The notes below the pieces were generated by a model. The model was given only the letters and a program-made list of their open reading frames with translations, made no database searches and was not told where the DNA came from. Positions 1 through 10,364 of a stretch of 64,000 nucleotides of DNA are shown one piece after another. Source of the DNA: Chroococcales cyanobacterium (lineage in GTDB: Bacteria > Cyanobacteriota > Cyanobacteriia > Cyanobacteriales > Nostocaceae); NCBI GenBank assembly GCA_038249935.1, contig JBBSCU010000001.1, positions 149 to 64,148 on the forward strand, written 5' to 3'. How positions within the stretch are numbered: the first letter of the stretch is position 1; each line of letters starts with the position of its first letter. A program made the position numbers and the translations under genes.

Positions 1-165
1 ATTTGGTAGTGTTTGTTACAAGCCTTTAACTCAGATTTACATTTGTGTTAAACAGGTTTTACTCTCTTCATCGTCAATTATCGGCTTTGTACAGGATTTT
101 TAGGGAAAAATTGCCAAAAAAGACTTGACTATTTTCTGCTGAAATATATGAATTTTTAGATAAGA

Positions 166-384
166 TTACAACGTTTCTGGGTCTAACTCTTGTGTTTTCC
201 CTGCGTGATACTCAGCCATTGCTTCGGCTGCAAGTTTAGCAAGGGTGTCCTTAGAACCTGCGAATGCTTCATCCCATCGGATTTCGTCTTCGAGTTCTTC
301 CAGAATCATTGCAGCGATCGCATCTTGCTCACTTGCAGGCAAAGTTTTCAACTTAGCGATCGCTTTTTCAAGTAACTCGGTCAT
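166..384 (-). CDS. Small acidic antitoxin-like hypothetical protein
   Basis: MTELLEKAIAKLKTLPASEQDAIAAMILEEL..RWDEAFA..LAKLAAEAMAEY resembles a cyanobacterial family usually found beside a RelE/ParE-like toxin; start moved to ATG at 384. Confidence 0.6.
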   Translation of the reverse strand: MTELLEKAIAKLKTLPASEQDAIAAMILEELEDEIRWDEAFAGSKDTLAKLAAEAMAEYHAGKTQELDPETL

Positions 385-565
385 AACTCCATCTGCCATA
401 GGTGGCTTTTCCGGTGCTGATAATTCGTACTTTTTATTCTACTGGCTCTACTTGCTTGCTTGTAATGTATATACAATTTCAAGATTAGACTTCTTGCAAA
501 AGTCGTAATTTTAGACTTTTTCTCCGCGCCTCTGCGTGAGAAAAACAAATATTTATGCAAGAGGT

Positions 566-1180
566 CTATTTTCGCTCAACAATTCCAACTAAAACTTTCA
601 TTAAATCTTCTAAATCATCTGGTAATGAATAAATTTTTATGTCTTCTATAATTTGTTGTGCTTTAACATCAAGTCTTCCAAATCGCCAGACATCACCAAT
701 TGTAACGGCTCCATACTGAAAAGGTTGTTCTTCAATTTGGGATAAAGCAATTAATTCAGCCGCTAGTTGCGTAAATCCTCTCGTAATATCATCATTTTTT
801 GCTTCCACAACTAAAAGGTTCTGGTCTGCACGGAGGAGATAATCAAGATTTCCTTTGAGCCATTTACTTACCGCAAGTGGGTACTCAATTCGTAACTGAC
901 AATCACAATAATATGTAGCAACTTCTAATAAAATTGGTGCGACCAAAGTTTCTCGACGGGCTGTTTCACTTGTCAAACTAACCCGTGGAAGAGTCCTTTC
1001 TATACGGTCTCTTAATTCTTCTAATCGGTCTAAAGGCTTTTGTGTTTTTGGTAGCGATAACCTTGACCGTACCAAAGCATAACCAAGCTCTGCTAAGATT
1101 TCTTCTGGCTCATAAGTCATTTCAAAATACGAGCGAAAGGTATATTCGCGGTCTTCTTGAAGGATTTTAGGTTTTGCCAT
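566..1180 (-). CDS. PD-(D/E)XK nuclease-fold hypothetical protein (HsdR-N-like)
   Basis: Motif GNLDYLL..LLVVEAK followed by GFTQLAAELIAL. Confidence 0.6.
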   Translation of the reverse strand: MAKPKILQEDREYTFRSYFEMTYEPEEILAELGYALVRSRLSLPKTQKPLDRLEELRDRIERTLPRVSLTSETARRETLVAPILLEVATYYCDCQLRIEYPLAVSKWLKGNLDYLLRADQNLLVVEAKNDDITRGFTQLAAELIALSQIEEQPFQYGAVTIGDVWRFGRLDVKAQQIIEDIKIYSLPDDLEDLMKVLVGIVERK

Positions 1181-1282
1181 AATTCACTACAATCCCGCAT
1201 GATTAATTCTTATTCTGATTGTGGCTTATTTACGATGAATTAACCGATTAACCACTAATAATTGGATACAAATACGCCAAAG

Positions 1283-2581
1283 TTACCACTCAGCTAAAGC
1301 GATCGCTATTCCTTGTTGCAAATCTGATGTGAGTGTGGCATTATTTGCCAACTGCTGCAATTGTTGATATGTAGTTTCTGCATCCAGATTTTTCAGTGCT
1401 GCGATCGCGTGCAGTCTCACCGATGCATTAGAATCGGCTAGCAGTAAAATCAATGGTTCAATAGCTTGCATTTTACCTAACTGTCCTAAAGACAAAGCGA
1501 TCGCACTTTTAACGTTAGCAATCTCTCTGGCTGGATGTTGCAATCGCAGTATTTTTAGTAACATTTCTGCGGCTGGTGTAGTTAACTGTGGGTTTTGCAC
1601 TCGCCCCAAAACTGTCACAATTTCTTGCCAAAGTGTCTCGGATGTGATTTGGTTAAATGCTGTTTGTAAATATTCCAAACTAGATAACGTCCCCACCCAA
1701 CTTAAAGCGCGGATGGTTTCTAATTGCAGTGGTAGGAGTGTATTGGGTGATATTAGCACCTGAAATAATTGCTGGGCAGCGTCATCACAACCCATCCGAG
1801 AAAGGGAAACTGCGGCTGCACAACAAACTTCAAGGTTAAAGTCGTAAAGCTTGGGTTGTAATCTTGTCACTAAATCTAATACTTCGCGTAAGTCGGGGCG
1901 AAAACTTAAACCAAGGACTGCTGCACGCCTGACTGTGGCAGCTACATCATCCAAAGCGTTTAATAATACTGGCGGTACACGTTCGTCATGAAAGCTGCTG
2001 AGGGCTTCAATTGCGGCGGCGCGGATTGCTGCTTGTGGATCTTGTACTACACTTAACAGTGGTGCAATGGTTTTTGGTTGCCGAATACAAGAGAGCGATC
2101 GCACTGCTAAAAGCCTTGTATCTTCATTTAATAGAAGTTCAGAGAGGGCAGCGATCGCAACAGTACCCATTTGCCCCAGTGCTGTAGCTGCGATCGCTTT
2201 GAGTTCTTCATCCTCATCGGTTTTCAACAATTCTACCATTGGTAAAATTGCATCTGGGTGCTGAAATTCGCTCAAAATTCGTGCTGCATACCAGCGCAAT
2301 TCTTCTTCTGCGTCTTTATCTTTCAAGATGTCAATGAGTGGTGGGATGGCAATATTTCCCAAGTGAGTCAACACCTTGGTTATTTCCCAGCGTTGTTGAA
2401 AATCTCCCACCTCTAACATTGAAAGTGATAATGTCAGCAGATATTCTCGATTTTTAACTATCTCTGGATGTTCAGAGTCTACCCCTAAGATTAATTGTTG
2501 CAAATCTTGAATTAGCGATGACCAATTAGCTGCATCGTGTGCTGCCTGTATTTGCACCAAAAGCTGGTTGATGTTACTCAC
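1283..2581 (-). CDS. nirB: HEAT/PBS-lyase repeat protein, probable NirB nitrite-reductase maturation factor
   Basis: Repeated helical units (AIRAAAIEAL, VRRAAVLGL, VRLHAIAAL); transcribed divergently from nirA; the symbol rests on synteny recalled from Anabaena. Confidence 0.6.
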   Translation of the reverse strand: MSNINQLLVQIQAAHDAANWSSLIQDLQQLILGVDSEHPEIVKNREYLLTLSLSMLEVGDFQQRWEITKVLTHLGNIAIPPLIDILKDKDAEEELRWYAARILSEFQHPDAILPMVELLKTDEDEELKAIAATALGQMGTVAIAALSELLLNEDTRLLAVRSLSCIRQPKTIAPLLSVVQDPQAAIRAAAIEALSSFHDERVPPVLLNALDDVAATVRRAAVLGLSFRPDLREVLDLVTRLQPKLYDFNLEVCCAAAVSLSRMGCDDAAQQLFQVLISPNTLLPLQLETIRALSWVGTLSSLEYLQTAFNQITSETLWQEIVTVLGRVQNPQLTTPAAEMLLKILRLQHPAREIANVKSAIALSLGQLGKMQAIEPLILLLADSNASVRLHAIAALKNLDAETTYQQLQQLANNATLTSDLQQGIAIALAEW

Positions 2582-2616
2582 AATATCCTGCTTTAATTAT
2601 CAATCTTTTGCCTCCA

Positions 2617-3027
2617 CTAGGTTGGCTTGACTACGACTGAATTACCCTCAATTTTGGCGGCATAAGTTTTGAGCGGATTTGTTGCTGGGCCTTTTTGCAC
2701 CTTGCCATCAACTCCGTATTCTGAACCATGACAGGGACATAAGAAGGTTTTTGTTGGGGGTTCCCACGCCACCGTACAACCTGCATGAGTACAGGTAGGG
2801 TCAACAGCAGTTAGATTTTCGCCTTTAGATGTGCCGATTAACACAGTCCCGATGGGTGAATCTTTCGCCAGTAATTGACCTGTTTTATCTAATTCTGCCG
2901 AGGTACCCACTGTTTGCCAACCTCCAGATGTTGAAGTTGTGCCAGAAGAACAGGCGGCGATCGCTACAGGTAGAGAACTCGCTATCCAACCCAAACCTAC
3001 CCAATTAATAAAATCACGACGTTTCAT
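2617..3027 (-). CDS. Small Rieske [2Fe-2S] protein with Tat/lipoprotein signal
   Basis: MKRRDF twin-arginine motif, IAAC lipobox, Rieske boxes CTHAGC and CPCHGS. Confidence 0.9.
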   Translation of the reverse strand: MKRRDFINWVGLGWIASSLPVAIAACSSGTTSTSGGWQTVGTSAELDKTGQLLAKDSPIGTVLIGTSKGENLTAVDPTCTHAGCTVAWEPPTKTFLCPCHGSEYGVDGKVQKGPATNPLKTYAAKIEGNSVVVKPT

Positions 3028-3112
3028 AACTGCTAAATATCTAAGTTTTAGCTAACACAAATTATCTCAAATACTTTTATCAAGCGCTTTGCTTCGCTTG
3101 TTGATGACTTTA

Positions 3113-3127
3113 ATGCAGAAAACGCAT
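3113..3127 (+). promoter_or_regulatory. Putative NtcB (LysR-type) binding site
   Basis: ATGC-AGAAAAC-GCAT (AT-N11-AT), centred 51.5 bp upstream of the NtcA site centre. Confidence 0.6.
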
Positions 3128-3164
3128 AGTATTCATGCATTTTCAACGATTTTACCAAAAAATC

Positions 3165-3206
3165 GTAACAATTTATACGATTTTAACAGAAATTTCCCTT
3201 TAACTT
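3165..3206 (+). promoter_or_regulatory. NtcA-activated promoter of the nirA operon
   Basis: GTA-ACAATTTA-TAC (3165-3178), 22-nt spacer, TAACTT (3201-3206): canonical GTAN8TAC-N22-TAN3T. Confidence 0.85.
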
Positions 3207-3470
3207 AGTGAGTATCGAAATCGTTACATAAACAGTATCTAAACTTGCTTGACAAATTCCCAAGATGTAAATGAAGACAAGTTTTCCTTAACTAACCACG
3301 GATTTGAAGTTTCGCTTTTGAATGCTCTTGAGTAAAAATAATCAGCTTTAAGCAAATATTAAGTTTTTATTCCTTAACCTTCGTAGATACAACACCTGAT
3401 GTAACTACGGGTTGATTGATGTTGGGCAATTATCACCATATTTCAGTAATTTGCAACGAGAGTCAGCCTC

Positions 3471-5057
3471 ATGACAGAGACAGTAACTACCACCGCCAGC
3501 CTGAATAAGTTCGAGAAATTCAAAGCAGCCAAAGATGGACTCGCCATCAAGAGCGAGATAGAGAAATTTGCCGCCCTCGGTTGGGAAGCAATGGACGAAA
3601 TAGACCGGGATCATCGACTCAAATGGGTGGGTGTATTTTTTCGCCCAGTTACCCCAGGTAAGTTTATGATGCGGTTGCGGATGCCTAACGGTATTCTTAA
3701 CAGCAGTCAAATGGGTGTTTTAGCGTCAGTGGTGCAGCGTTACGGAGATGAAGGCTGTGCTGATATTACTACGAGACAGAATATTCAATTACGGGGGATC
3801 AGAATTGAAGATTTACCAGATATCTTTAATAGATTTCACGCAGTTGGTTTAACCAGCATTCAGTCAGGGATGGATAATGTTCGCAATATCACAGGCGATC
3901 CCGTGGCGGGGTTGGATGCAGATGAGTTGTATGACACACGAGAGTTAATACAGCAAATTCAAGATATGCTCACCAACAAAGGGGAAGGGAACCCAGAGTT
4001 TAGCAACTTACCACGGAAATTTAATATTGCGATCGCAGGTGGACGAGACAATTCAGTTCACGCTGAAATCAACGATTTAGCTTTTATTCCAGCATTTAAA
4101 AATAGTGCTGAGTCTTTTTGCCACTCAGGACTCATTTTCGGCTTTAACATCCTCGTCGGTGGCTTTTTCTCAGCTAAACGTTGTGAGGCGGCAATTCCTC
4201 TGAATGCTTGGGTGGCTCCAGAAGATGTGGTAGCAGTATGTAGAGCCGTTTTGGAAGTCTTCCGTGATCATGGGCCGCGTGCTAATCGGCAAAAATCCCG
4301 CTTAATGTGGCTAATTGATCAATGGGGTTTAGAAAAGTTTCGAGCCGAAGTAGAAACCCGTTTGGGTAAATCATTATTACCCGCAGCAGCTAAAGACGAA
4401 ATGGACTGGGAAAAACGCGATCACATCGGGCTTTATAAACAAAAACAACCAGGATTGAACTATGTAGGCTTGAACATTCCCGTCGGGCGACTGGATGCCG
4501 AAGATATGTTTGAAATTGCTCGGATAGCAGAAGTTTACGGCAGTGGCGAAATCCGTTTTACAGTTGAGCAAAATATCGTCATCCCCAACATTTCTGACTC
4601 ACGTTTAGCAACATTTTTATCAGAGCCTTTGCTAGAAAGGTTTTCCATTGATCCTGGTTTACTGACGCGATCGCTAGTATCCTGCACAGGCGCACAATTT
4701 TGCAACTTTGCCCTCATCGAAACGAAAAACCGCGCCCTGGCAATGATTAAAGCCTTAGAAGAAGATTTAACCTTCACCAATCCAGTCCGAATTCACTGGA
4801 CAGGTTGCCCCAATTCCTGTGCACAACCACAAGTTGCAGACATCGGCTTGATGGGAACTAAGACTCGTAAAAATGGCAAAACCTTGGAAGGCGTTGACAT
4901 CTATATGGGTGGCAAAGTTGGCAAAGATGCCCATTTAGGAACTTGCGTCATCAAAGGCATACCCTGCGAAGACTTGCAGCCAGTATTGCAAGATTTACTC
5001 ATCAAAAACTTTGGCGCAAAACTCAAGGAAGAAGCGTTAGTAGTTAGTAACTTTTAG
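3471..5057 (+). CDS. nirA: Ferredoxin-nitrite reductase
   Basis: FMMRLRMPNG, TTRQNIQLR, PRKFNIA, siroheme/4Fe-4S cysteines CTGAQFC and GCPNSC. Confidence 0.97.
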   Translation: MTETVTTTASLNKFEKFKAAKDGLAIKSEIEKFAALGWEAMDEIDRDHRLKWVGVFFRPVTPGKFMMRLRMPNGILNSSQMGVLASVVQRYGDEGCADITTRQNIQLRGIRIEDLPDIFNRFHAVGLTSIQSGMDNVRNITGDPVAGLDADELYDTRELIQQIQDMLTNKGEGNPEFSNLPRKFNIAIAGGRDNSVHAEINDLAFIPAFKNSAESFCHSGLIFGFNILVGGFFSAKRCEAAIPLNAWVAPEDVVAVCRAVLEVFRDHGPRANRQKSRLMWLIDQWGLEKFRAEVETRLGKSLLPAAAKDEMDWEKRDHIGLYKQKQPGLNYVGLNIPVGRLDAEDMFEIARIAEVYGSGEIRFTVEQNIVIPNISDSRLATFLSEPLLERFSIDPGLLTRSLVSCTGAQFCNFALIETKNRALAMIKALEEDLTFTNPVRIHWTGCPNSCAQPQVADIGLMGTKTRKNGKTLEGVDIYMGGKVGKDAHLGTCVIKGIPCEDLQPVLQDLLIKNFGAKLKEEALVVSNF

Positions 5058-5075
5058 TGCTTATCAGGGGTATTG

Positions 5076-5207
5076 CAATACCGTTCGGAAAGATCCCCCC
5101 GCCTGTGGCGACCCCCTTAAAAAGGGGGTAAAGAGATATTAGCCCCCCTTTTTAAGGGGGGTTGGGGGGATCTCCAAACACTAAATATCACTAATCCAAG
5201 CGTATTG
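5076..5207. mobile_element. MITE-like element with CAATAC-type ends and a GATCCCCCC/CCCCCTTAAAAAGGGGG palindromic core
   Basis: Left end CAATACCGTTCGG, right end CCAAGCGTATTG; reverse complement is nearly identical to 25011-25139. Confidence 0.7.
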
Positions 5208-5230
5208 CCTTAAAAGCTCAATGTTTAGTC

Positions 5231-5374
5231 TCAAAGGTGCAACTTCCGAGTTCAAAGGCGCAACGTCCGAGTTCAAAGGTGCAACGTCCGAGTTCAAAGG
5301 CTCAACCTCCGAGTTCAAAGGCTCAACTTCCGAGTTCAAAGACTCAACCTCCGAGTTCAAAGGCTCAACCTCCG
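5231..5374 (+). repeat. 21-bp tandem array, about 6.9 copies
   Basis: Unit TCAAAGGYKCAACBTCCGAGT at 5231, 5252, 5273, 5294, 5315, 5336 and a partial at 5357. Confidence 0.95.
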
Positions 5375-5401
5375 TTTTTTATTCAATTAGTAAAGATTAG
5401 A

Positions 5402-6898
5402 ATGCTTAAAAAATTATTTTCATTCAGCGATCGCTACCGCATCTTACATCAGACTTGGTTCGCTTTCTTTCTCACCTTTGTTTGTTGGTTTAACTTTGCT
5501 CCCTTCGCTACAACCATTGGCAAAGAGCTAGATTTAGCGCCTGAGCAAATTAAAACTTTGGGTATCTGTAACCTCGCCCTCACAATTCCCGCACGAATAA
5601 TTATTGGGATGCTTCTGGATCGTTTTGGCCCCAGAATCACCTACTCAATCCTGCTGATGTTTGCGGTTGTTCCATGTTTAGCGACGGCGCTAGCGCAAGA
5701 TTTTAATCAATTAGTCATCAGTCGTTTGCTGATGGGAATTGTCGGCTCTGGGTTTGTTGTCGGTATCCGCATGGTATCCGAATGGTTTCAGCCGAAGGAA
5801 ATGGGTATTGCTCAAGGCATTTATGGCGGCTGGGGCAACTTTGGGGCTTTTGGCGCAGAGTTTGCCTTACCGATGCTTGCAGTTTCTACGAGCTTTTTGG
5901 GTGGTGGTGCTTCTAATTGGCGGTTTGTGATCGCATTTACAGGGATCATTGCAGCCATCTACGGCGTAATTTATTACAACAGTGTCCAAGATACGCCCGC
6001 AGGGAAAGTCTACAAGAAACCTCACAAAAATGGTTCTCTGGAAGTGACCAGTATTAAAAGCTTCTGGGCGATGATTATCTCAAATTTTGGTTTAATTTTC
6101 GCTCTCGGTTTATTAGCTTGGCGCTTGGAACAAAAGAATATTCACTTCTTAACTTTGAGCCAAATGTATTTTACTTGGTTGCTATTAGCAGGATTATTTG
6201 CTTACCAAAGTTATAAAGCTTGGGAAGTAAACCGAGAACTTCTAATTGGCAAAAAAACCTACGCTCCATCAGAACGCTTCCAATTTGGTCAAGTAGCTTT
6301 ACTCGAATTCACTTATGTAACTAACTTTGGCAGTGAATTAGCAGTTGTTTCAATGCTCCCGGCATTTTTTGAAAAAACCTTTGCCTTAGAACACGTTGTA
6401 GCTGGGATGATTGCCGCTACCTATCCCTTCTTAAATTTGATTTCTCGTCCTAGTGGTGGCTTAATTTCTGATAAATTTGGCTCACGTAAATGGACAATGA
6501 CAATACTCAGTGTTGGCATTGGTGTTGGCTATTTGATGGCACATTTTATTAATAGTAACTGGCCGATTCCGCTAGCGATCGCAGTGACAATGTTTGCCGC
6601 TTACTTTGCCCAAGCCGGCTGCGGTGCAACCTACAGCATCGTACCCCTAATTAAGAAAGAAGCCACTGGACAAATTGCCGGGAACGTGGGGGCTTACGGT
6701 AATTTTGGTGCCGTGGTTTACCTGACAATTTTTAGCTTAACTGACGCATCTACACTATTTACCACAATGGGTATAGCAGCTTTAGTTTGCGCTTTTATGT
6801 GTGCCTTCTTCCTCAAAGAACCAAAAGATTCCTTTGCGGCTGCTTATGAAGGTGAGTTACCAGAAATGACAACTCCTATTTTCTTAACTGAAGAATAA
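5402..6898 (+). CDS. nrtP: MFS nitrate/nitrite permease (NarK/NNP family)
   Basis: 12-TM pattern, GMLLDRFGPR, GIYGGWGNFG, GQIAGNVGAYGNFG; lies between nirA and narB; start taken at ATG 5402. Confidence 0.92.
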   Translation: MLKKLFSFSDRYRILHQTWFAFFLTFVCWFNFAPFATTIGKELDLAPEQIKTLGICNLALTIPARIIIGMLLDRFGPRITYSILLMFAVVPCLATALAQDFNQLVISRLLMGIVGSGFVVGIRMVSEWFQPKEMGIAQGIYGGWGNFGAFGAEFALPMLAVSTSFLGGGASNWRFVIAFTGIIAAIYGVIYYNSVQDTPAGKVYKKPHKNGSLEVTSIKSFWAMIISNFGLIFALGLLAWRLEQKNIHFLTLSQMYFTWLLLAGLFAYQSYKAWEVNRELLIGKKTYAPSERFQFGQVALLEFTYVTNFGSELAVVSMLPAFFEKTFALEHVVAGMIAATYPFLNLISRPSGGLISDKFGSRKWTMTILSVGIGVGYLMAHFINSNWPIPLAIAVTMFAAYFAQAGCGATYSIVPLIKKEATGQIAGNVGAYGNFGAVVYLTIFSLTDASTLFTTMGIAALVCAFMCAFFLKEPKDSFAAAYEGELPEMTTPIFLTEE

Positions 6899-6913
6899 CA
6901 ATATGGATTTGTA

Positions 6914-7013
6914 TCACGCAGAGGCGCAGAGTCGCAGAGAGGAAGAGTTGAATCAACGCCCAATTTTCATATCTCTCTTAATCTCTTCTCCGCGCCTCTG
7001 CGTCTCTGCGTGA
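6914..7013. repeat. Inverted-repeat element TCACGCAGAG(G/A)CGCAGAG
   Basis: 18-bp arms at 6914-6931 and 6996-7013 (17/18 match); half copies at 521-540 and 46464-46487. Confidence 0.85.
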
Positions 7014-7031
7014 AATTCTTTATCAAACACC

Positions 7032-9236
7032 ATGACTGAATTTACCAAAACCCTCTGTCCCTACTGTGGTGTTGGTTGTGGACTAGAAGTTTCACCCCCA
7101 GCCCAACAAGGCAAAGCAACTAATCGAGATAGCCAAGGAAATCCAATTTGGCGAGTCCGGGGCGACAAAGCCCATCCATCTAGTCAAGGAATGCTTTGCG
7201 TCAAAGGCGCAACGATCGCGGAATCTTTAGATAAGAATAGATTACATTATCCAATGGTGCGAGACTCTTTGGATCAAGAGTTTCGGCGGGTTAGTTGGGA
7301 TGAAGCTTTTGATCTGATCACCAAGCGCATTCAAACTGTGCGTTTCACCCAAGGGGTAGAAGCCTTATGTATGTATGGTTCCGGTCAGTTTCAAACCGAG
7401 GATTATTATATAGCCCAGAAACTCATGAAAGGCTGTCTGGGTACTAATAATTTTGATGCCAACTCTCGCTTATGTATGTCTAGTGCTGTGTCTGGCTACA
7501 TTCAAAGCTTTGGCGCAGATGGTCCGCCATGTTGTTACGAAGACTTGGAGTTAACTGACTGTGCGTTTTTAATTGGCACCAATACGGCTGAATGTCACCC
7601 CATCGTTTTTAACCGACTGGAAAAATATCACAAAAAGAACCGCAAGGTGAAAATGATTGTGGTTGATCCGCGTCGCACACCAACCGCAGAAGCCGCAGAT
7701 TTGCATTTAGCGATTCGTCCCGGTACAGATATTGATTTGTTAAACGGCATCGCCCATTTGTTGATGCGCTGGAACTATATTGATACCATGTTCATGGACG
7801 ACTGCACCAGCAACTTTCCGGCTTATGCTGAAGTGATTCGCCACTATTCGCCAGAAGTGGTAGCTCGCCAATGTGGAATCACCATTGAAGATTTAGAAAC
7901 AGCAGCTCGCTATTGGGGTAAATCTGAGCGGGTATTGTCTTTGTGGTCAATGGGTGTGAATCAATCTTCAGAAGGGACGGCGAAGGTCAGAACTATCATT
8001 AATCTGCACCTGATGACTGGACAAATTGGCAAACCTGGGGCTGGCCCTTTCTCGCTCACGGGTCAGCCGAACGCGATGGGAGGACGGGAAGCTGGGGGTT
8101 TAGCGCATTTATTACCAGGTTATCGGGTGATCAAAAATCCTCAGCACCGCGCAGAAGTTGAGGAGTTTTGGGGACTCAAGCCGGGACAGATTTCGCCCAA
8201 TCCCGGTTTGACTGCTTGGGACATGATTACTGGGCTGGAAAATGGCGCTGTAGAGTTACTATGGATTGCAGCTACCAACCCAGCTGTAAGTATGCCAGAT
8301 TTGGAGCGGACTAAAAAGGCGTTATTGCGATCGCCTTTTACCATCTACCAAGATGCATATTATCCCACAGAAACCTCAGCCTACGCTCACGTTCTGCTAC
8401 CTGCTGCCCAGTGGGGTGAAAAAACTGGCGTGATGACAAATTCGGAACGGGTGGTAACTTTATGTCAAGCCTTCCGCCAACCGCCAAGAGAAGCTAAAGC
8501 AGATTGGGAAATTTTTGCCGAAGTCGGACGCAGATTAGGTTTTGAGAAAGAATTTGCTTTTAGTAACTCTGCTGAAGTTTATGCTGAGTTTGTCAAACTG
8601 ACTAAAACTCGCCCCTGCGATATGACAGGTATCAGTCATGAGCAATTACAAGCAGAAGGCGCGACTCAATGGCCTCATCCTGAAGAGAGTCCTAATTGTA
8701 CAGACGCGATTAATCGCGTCTCTCCCAAACGCCTCTACACCAATCTCCGCTTCCACACCCCTGACGGACGCGCCCGATTTGGAGCATATTACTCAAAGGG
8801 ATTGGCAGAACCACCAGACCCCGATTATCCTTTTGTGCTTACTAATGGGCGACTTTACGGACATTGGCACACCCAGACACGCACTGGGCGGATTGAAAAA
8901 ATTTGCAAAATGCATCCCGAACCGTTTATCGAAATTCATCCCCGTGATGCTGCTAAGTTAGGTATTGTAGATAATATGTGTGTAGAAGTGCGATCGCGTC
9001 GCGGTAAAGCGAAGTTTCCTGCTAAAGTGACAAAGGCGATCGCGCCCGGTACAGTTTTTGTCCCTATGCATTGGGGTTCGCTGTGGGCAGACAACGCCGA
9101 AGCTAACGCCCTAACTCATCCAGAATCCTGCCCCGATTCGCTGCAACCAGAATTAAAAGCCTGTGCAGTCCAGCTAACACCAATTTCTGTGGAAGTTACA
9201 ATTAAAGACTATCAACTTCAGTCCTCACAATGGTAG
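7032..9236 (+). CDS. narB: Ferredoxin-dependent nitrate reductase (Mo-bisPGD)
   Basis: [14 protein letters not shown] Fe-S motif, [23 protein letters not shown]-terminal molybdopterin dinucleotide-binding domain. Confidence 0.97.
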   Translation: MTEFTKTLCPYCGVGCGLEVSPPAQQGKATNRDSQGNPIWRVRGDKAHPSSQGMLCVKGATIAESLDKNRLHYPMVRDSLDQEFRRVSWDEAFDLITKRIQTVRFTQGVEALCMYGSGQFQTEDYYIAQKLMKGCLGTNNFDANSRLCMSSAVSGYIQSFGADGPPCCYEDLELTDCAFLIGTNTAECHPIVFNRLEKYHKKNRKVKMIVVDPRRTPTAEAADLHLAIRPGTDIDLLNGIAHLLMRWNYIDTMFMDDCTSNFPAYAEVIRHYSPEVVARQCGITIEDLETAARYWGKSERVLSLWSMGVNQSSEGTAKVRTIINLHLMTGQIGKPGAGPFSLTGQPNAMGGREAGGLAHLLPGYRVIKNPQHRAEVEEFWGLKPGQISPNPGLTAWDMITGLENGAVELLWIAATNPAVSMPDLERTKKALLRSPFTIYQDAYYPTETSAYAHVLLPAAQWGEKTGVMTNSERVVTLCQAFRQPPREAKADWEIFAEVGRRLGFEKEFAFSNSAEVYAEFVKLTKTRPCDMTGISHEQLQAEGATQWPHPEESPNCTDAINRVSPKRLYTNLRFHTPDGRARFGAYYSKGLAEPPDPDYPFVLTNGRLYGHWHTQTRTGRIEKICKMHPEPFIEIHPRDAAKLGIVDNMCVEVRSRRGKAKFPAKVTKAIAPGTVFVPMHWGSLWADNAEANALTHPESCPDSLQPELKACAVQLTPISVEVTIKDYQLQSSQW
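8698..8723. repeat. SDR-type palindrome inserted in frame in narB
   Basis: GTACAGACGCGATTAATCGCGTCTCT encodes TDAINRVS. Confidence 0.9.
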
Positions 9237-9301
9237 ACTGCTAAGTGTAACTTTAAAGAACTTTTAAAACATCCTCTAAATAAGAGTCTGAAATAGTCTT
9301 T

Positions 9302-9333
9302 AATTACGAATCACGAATTACGAATTACGAATT
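9302..9333 (+). repeat. Heptamer STRR (AATTACG)n
   Basis: About 4.5 copies; a shorter copy lies near 44115-44132. Confidence 0.85.
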
Positions 9334-9389
9334 ATTTTAATCCTCTAGATTTATCTATGGGATTTTATTTTAGAATCGGGTGCAGCATT

Positions 9390-9848
9390 ATGAAAAAGCT
9401 ACTGAGGCTCATTATCGGAGCTACCAAAGATGAGAACTTCATGCACGTTGTTGAAAATATAGAGGTGCTAGTTTCTAAGGCTCTATCTATTTTTATGGTA
9501 ATTGTGATTTTGGTAGCGGTCGCAGATTTAGGAGTCTTTCTTGTTAAAGAGTTATTTACAACACCTCATGGTACGTTTAACACAACATTATTCAAGATTT
9601 TCGGTTTATTTTTGAATATTTTAATTGCTTTAGAAATTTTAGAAAATATTACAGGTTATCTGCGAAAACACGTTTTCCAAGTTGAATTAGTTATTGGCAC
9701 TTCTTTAATTGCTGTTGCCAGAAAAATTATTATTCTTGACTTAGAAAAAGTCTCAGGTATTGATATAATTGGTTTAGGAATTGCTATTTTCGCTCTATCA
9801 ATTAGTTATTTGATAATTCGTCTCAGTCATTATAGAGATAGACGTTAA
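9390..9848 (+). CDS. PsiE-family (phosphate-starvation-inducible) membrane protein
   Basis: Four hydrophobic segments, LIALEILENIT, IAVARKIIILD. Confidence 0.8.
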   Translation: MKKLLRLIIGATKDENFMHVVENIEVLVSKALSIFMVIVILVAVADLGVFLVKELFTTPHGTFNTTLFKIFGLFLNILIALEILENITGYLRKHVFQVELVIGTSLIAVARKIIILDLEKVSGIDIIGLGIAIFALSISYLIIRLSHYRDRR

Positions 9849-9889
9849 GTTAGAAATTCCCCAAATAAACGAATTTTCAATAATTCATC

Positions 9890-10342
9890 ATGACAGATTT
9901 CTTTCAATTTGAAGCAGATTTTGTTGATTCTCTACGTTGCATCCCTATGCAAGTACGTTGCAAATTAGATACCTGTGGCATCAAGCTAAAATTGTCTGAT
10001 TGGAATCAAATGACTACAGCAGAGCGTCAAGCTTTAGTCGAATTACCTTGCACTAAAGAAACAGAAATTCAGTCTTACGGCGAGCGTATTCAGCAATTAG
10101 TTGTACAACGCACAGGTATACCAGCGACAAAATTGCCCATCGAGCCTTATCCCGCATGGCTAGACTCTGCCACTCTACCAGCCAATCTCCAGGAAAAAGC
10201 TCAAGAAATAGGTGTAACCCTGACACAGCAAGATTGGACAGCTTTAACGCCCTTACAACGTTTTGCCTTGATTAAACTCAGCCACCCAGGACATGAAAAC
10301 GAAAACTTTAACAGAGCGATCGCAGAATTTAATCTGCTTTAA
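9890..10342 (+). CDS. narM: Nitrate reductase-associated maturation protein
   Basis: FQFEADFVDSLRCIPMQVRCKLDTCGIKLKL..LTPLQRFALIKL; downstream of narB. Confidence 0.88.
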   Translation: MTDFFQFEADFVDSLRCIPMQVRCKLDTCGIKLKLSDWNQMTTAERQALVELPCTKETEIQSYGERIQQLVVQRTGIPATKLPIEPYPAWLDSATLPANLQEKAQEIGVTLTQQDWTALTPLQRFALIKLSHPGHENENFNRAIAEFNLL

Positions 10343-10364
10343 TTAATCAATAACAAAACAAATC

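Noticed and set aside
5237-5401. 55-aa N-terminal extension of NrtP in the ORF track (PSSKAQ repeats)
   Set aside because: It is the translation of the 21-bp array; family similarity begins at ATG 5402
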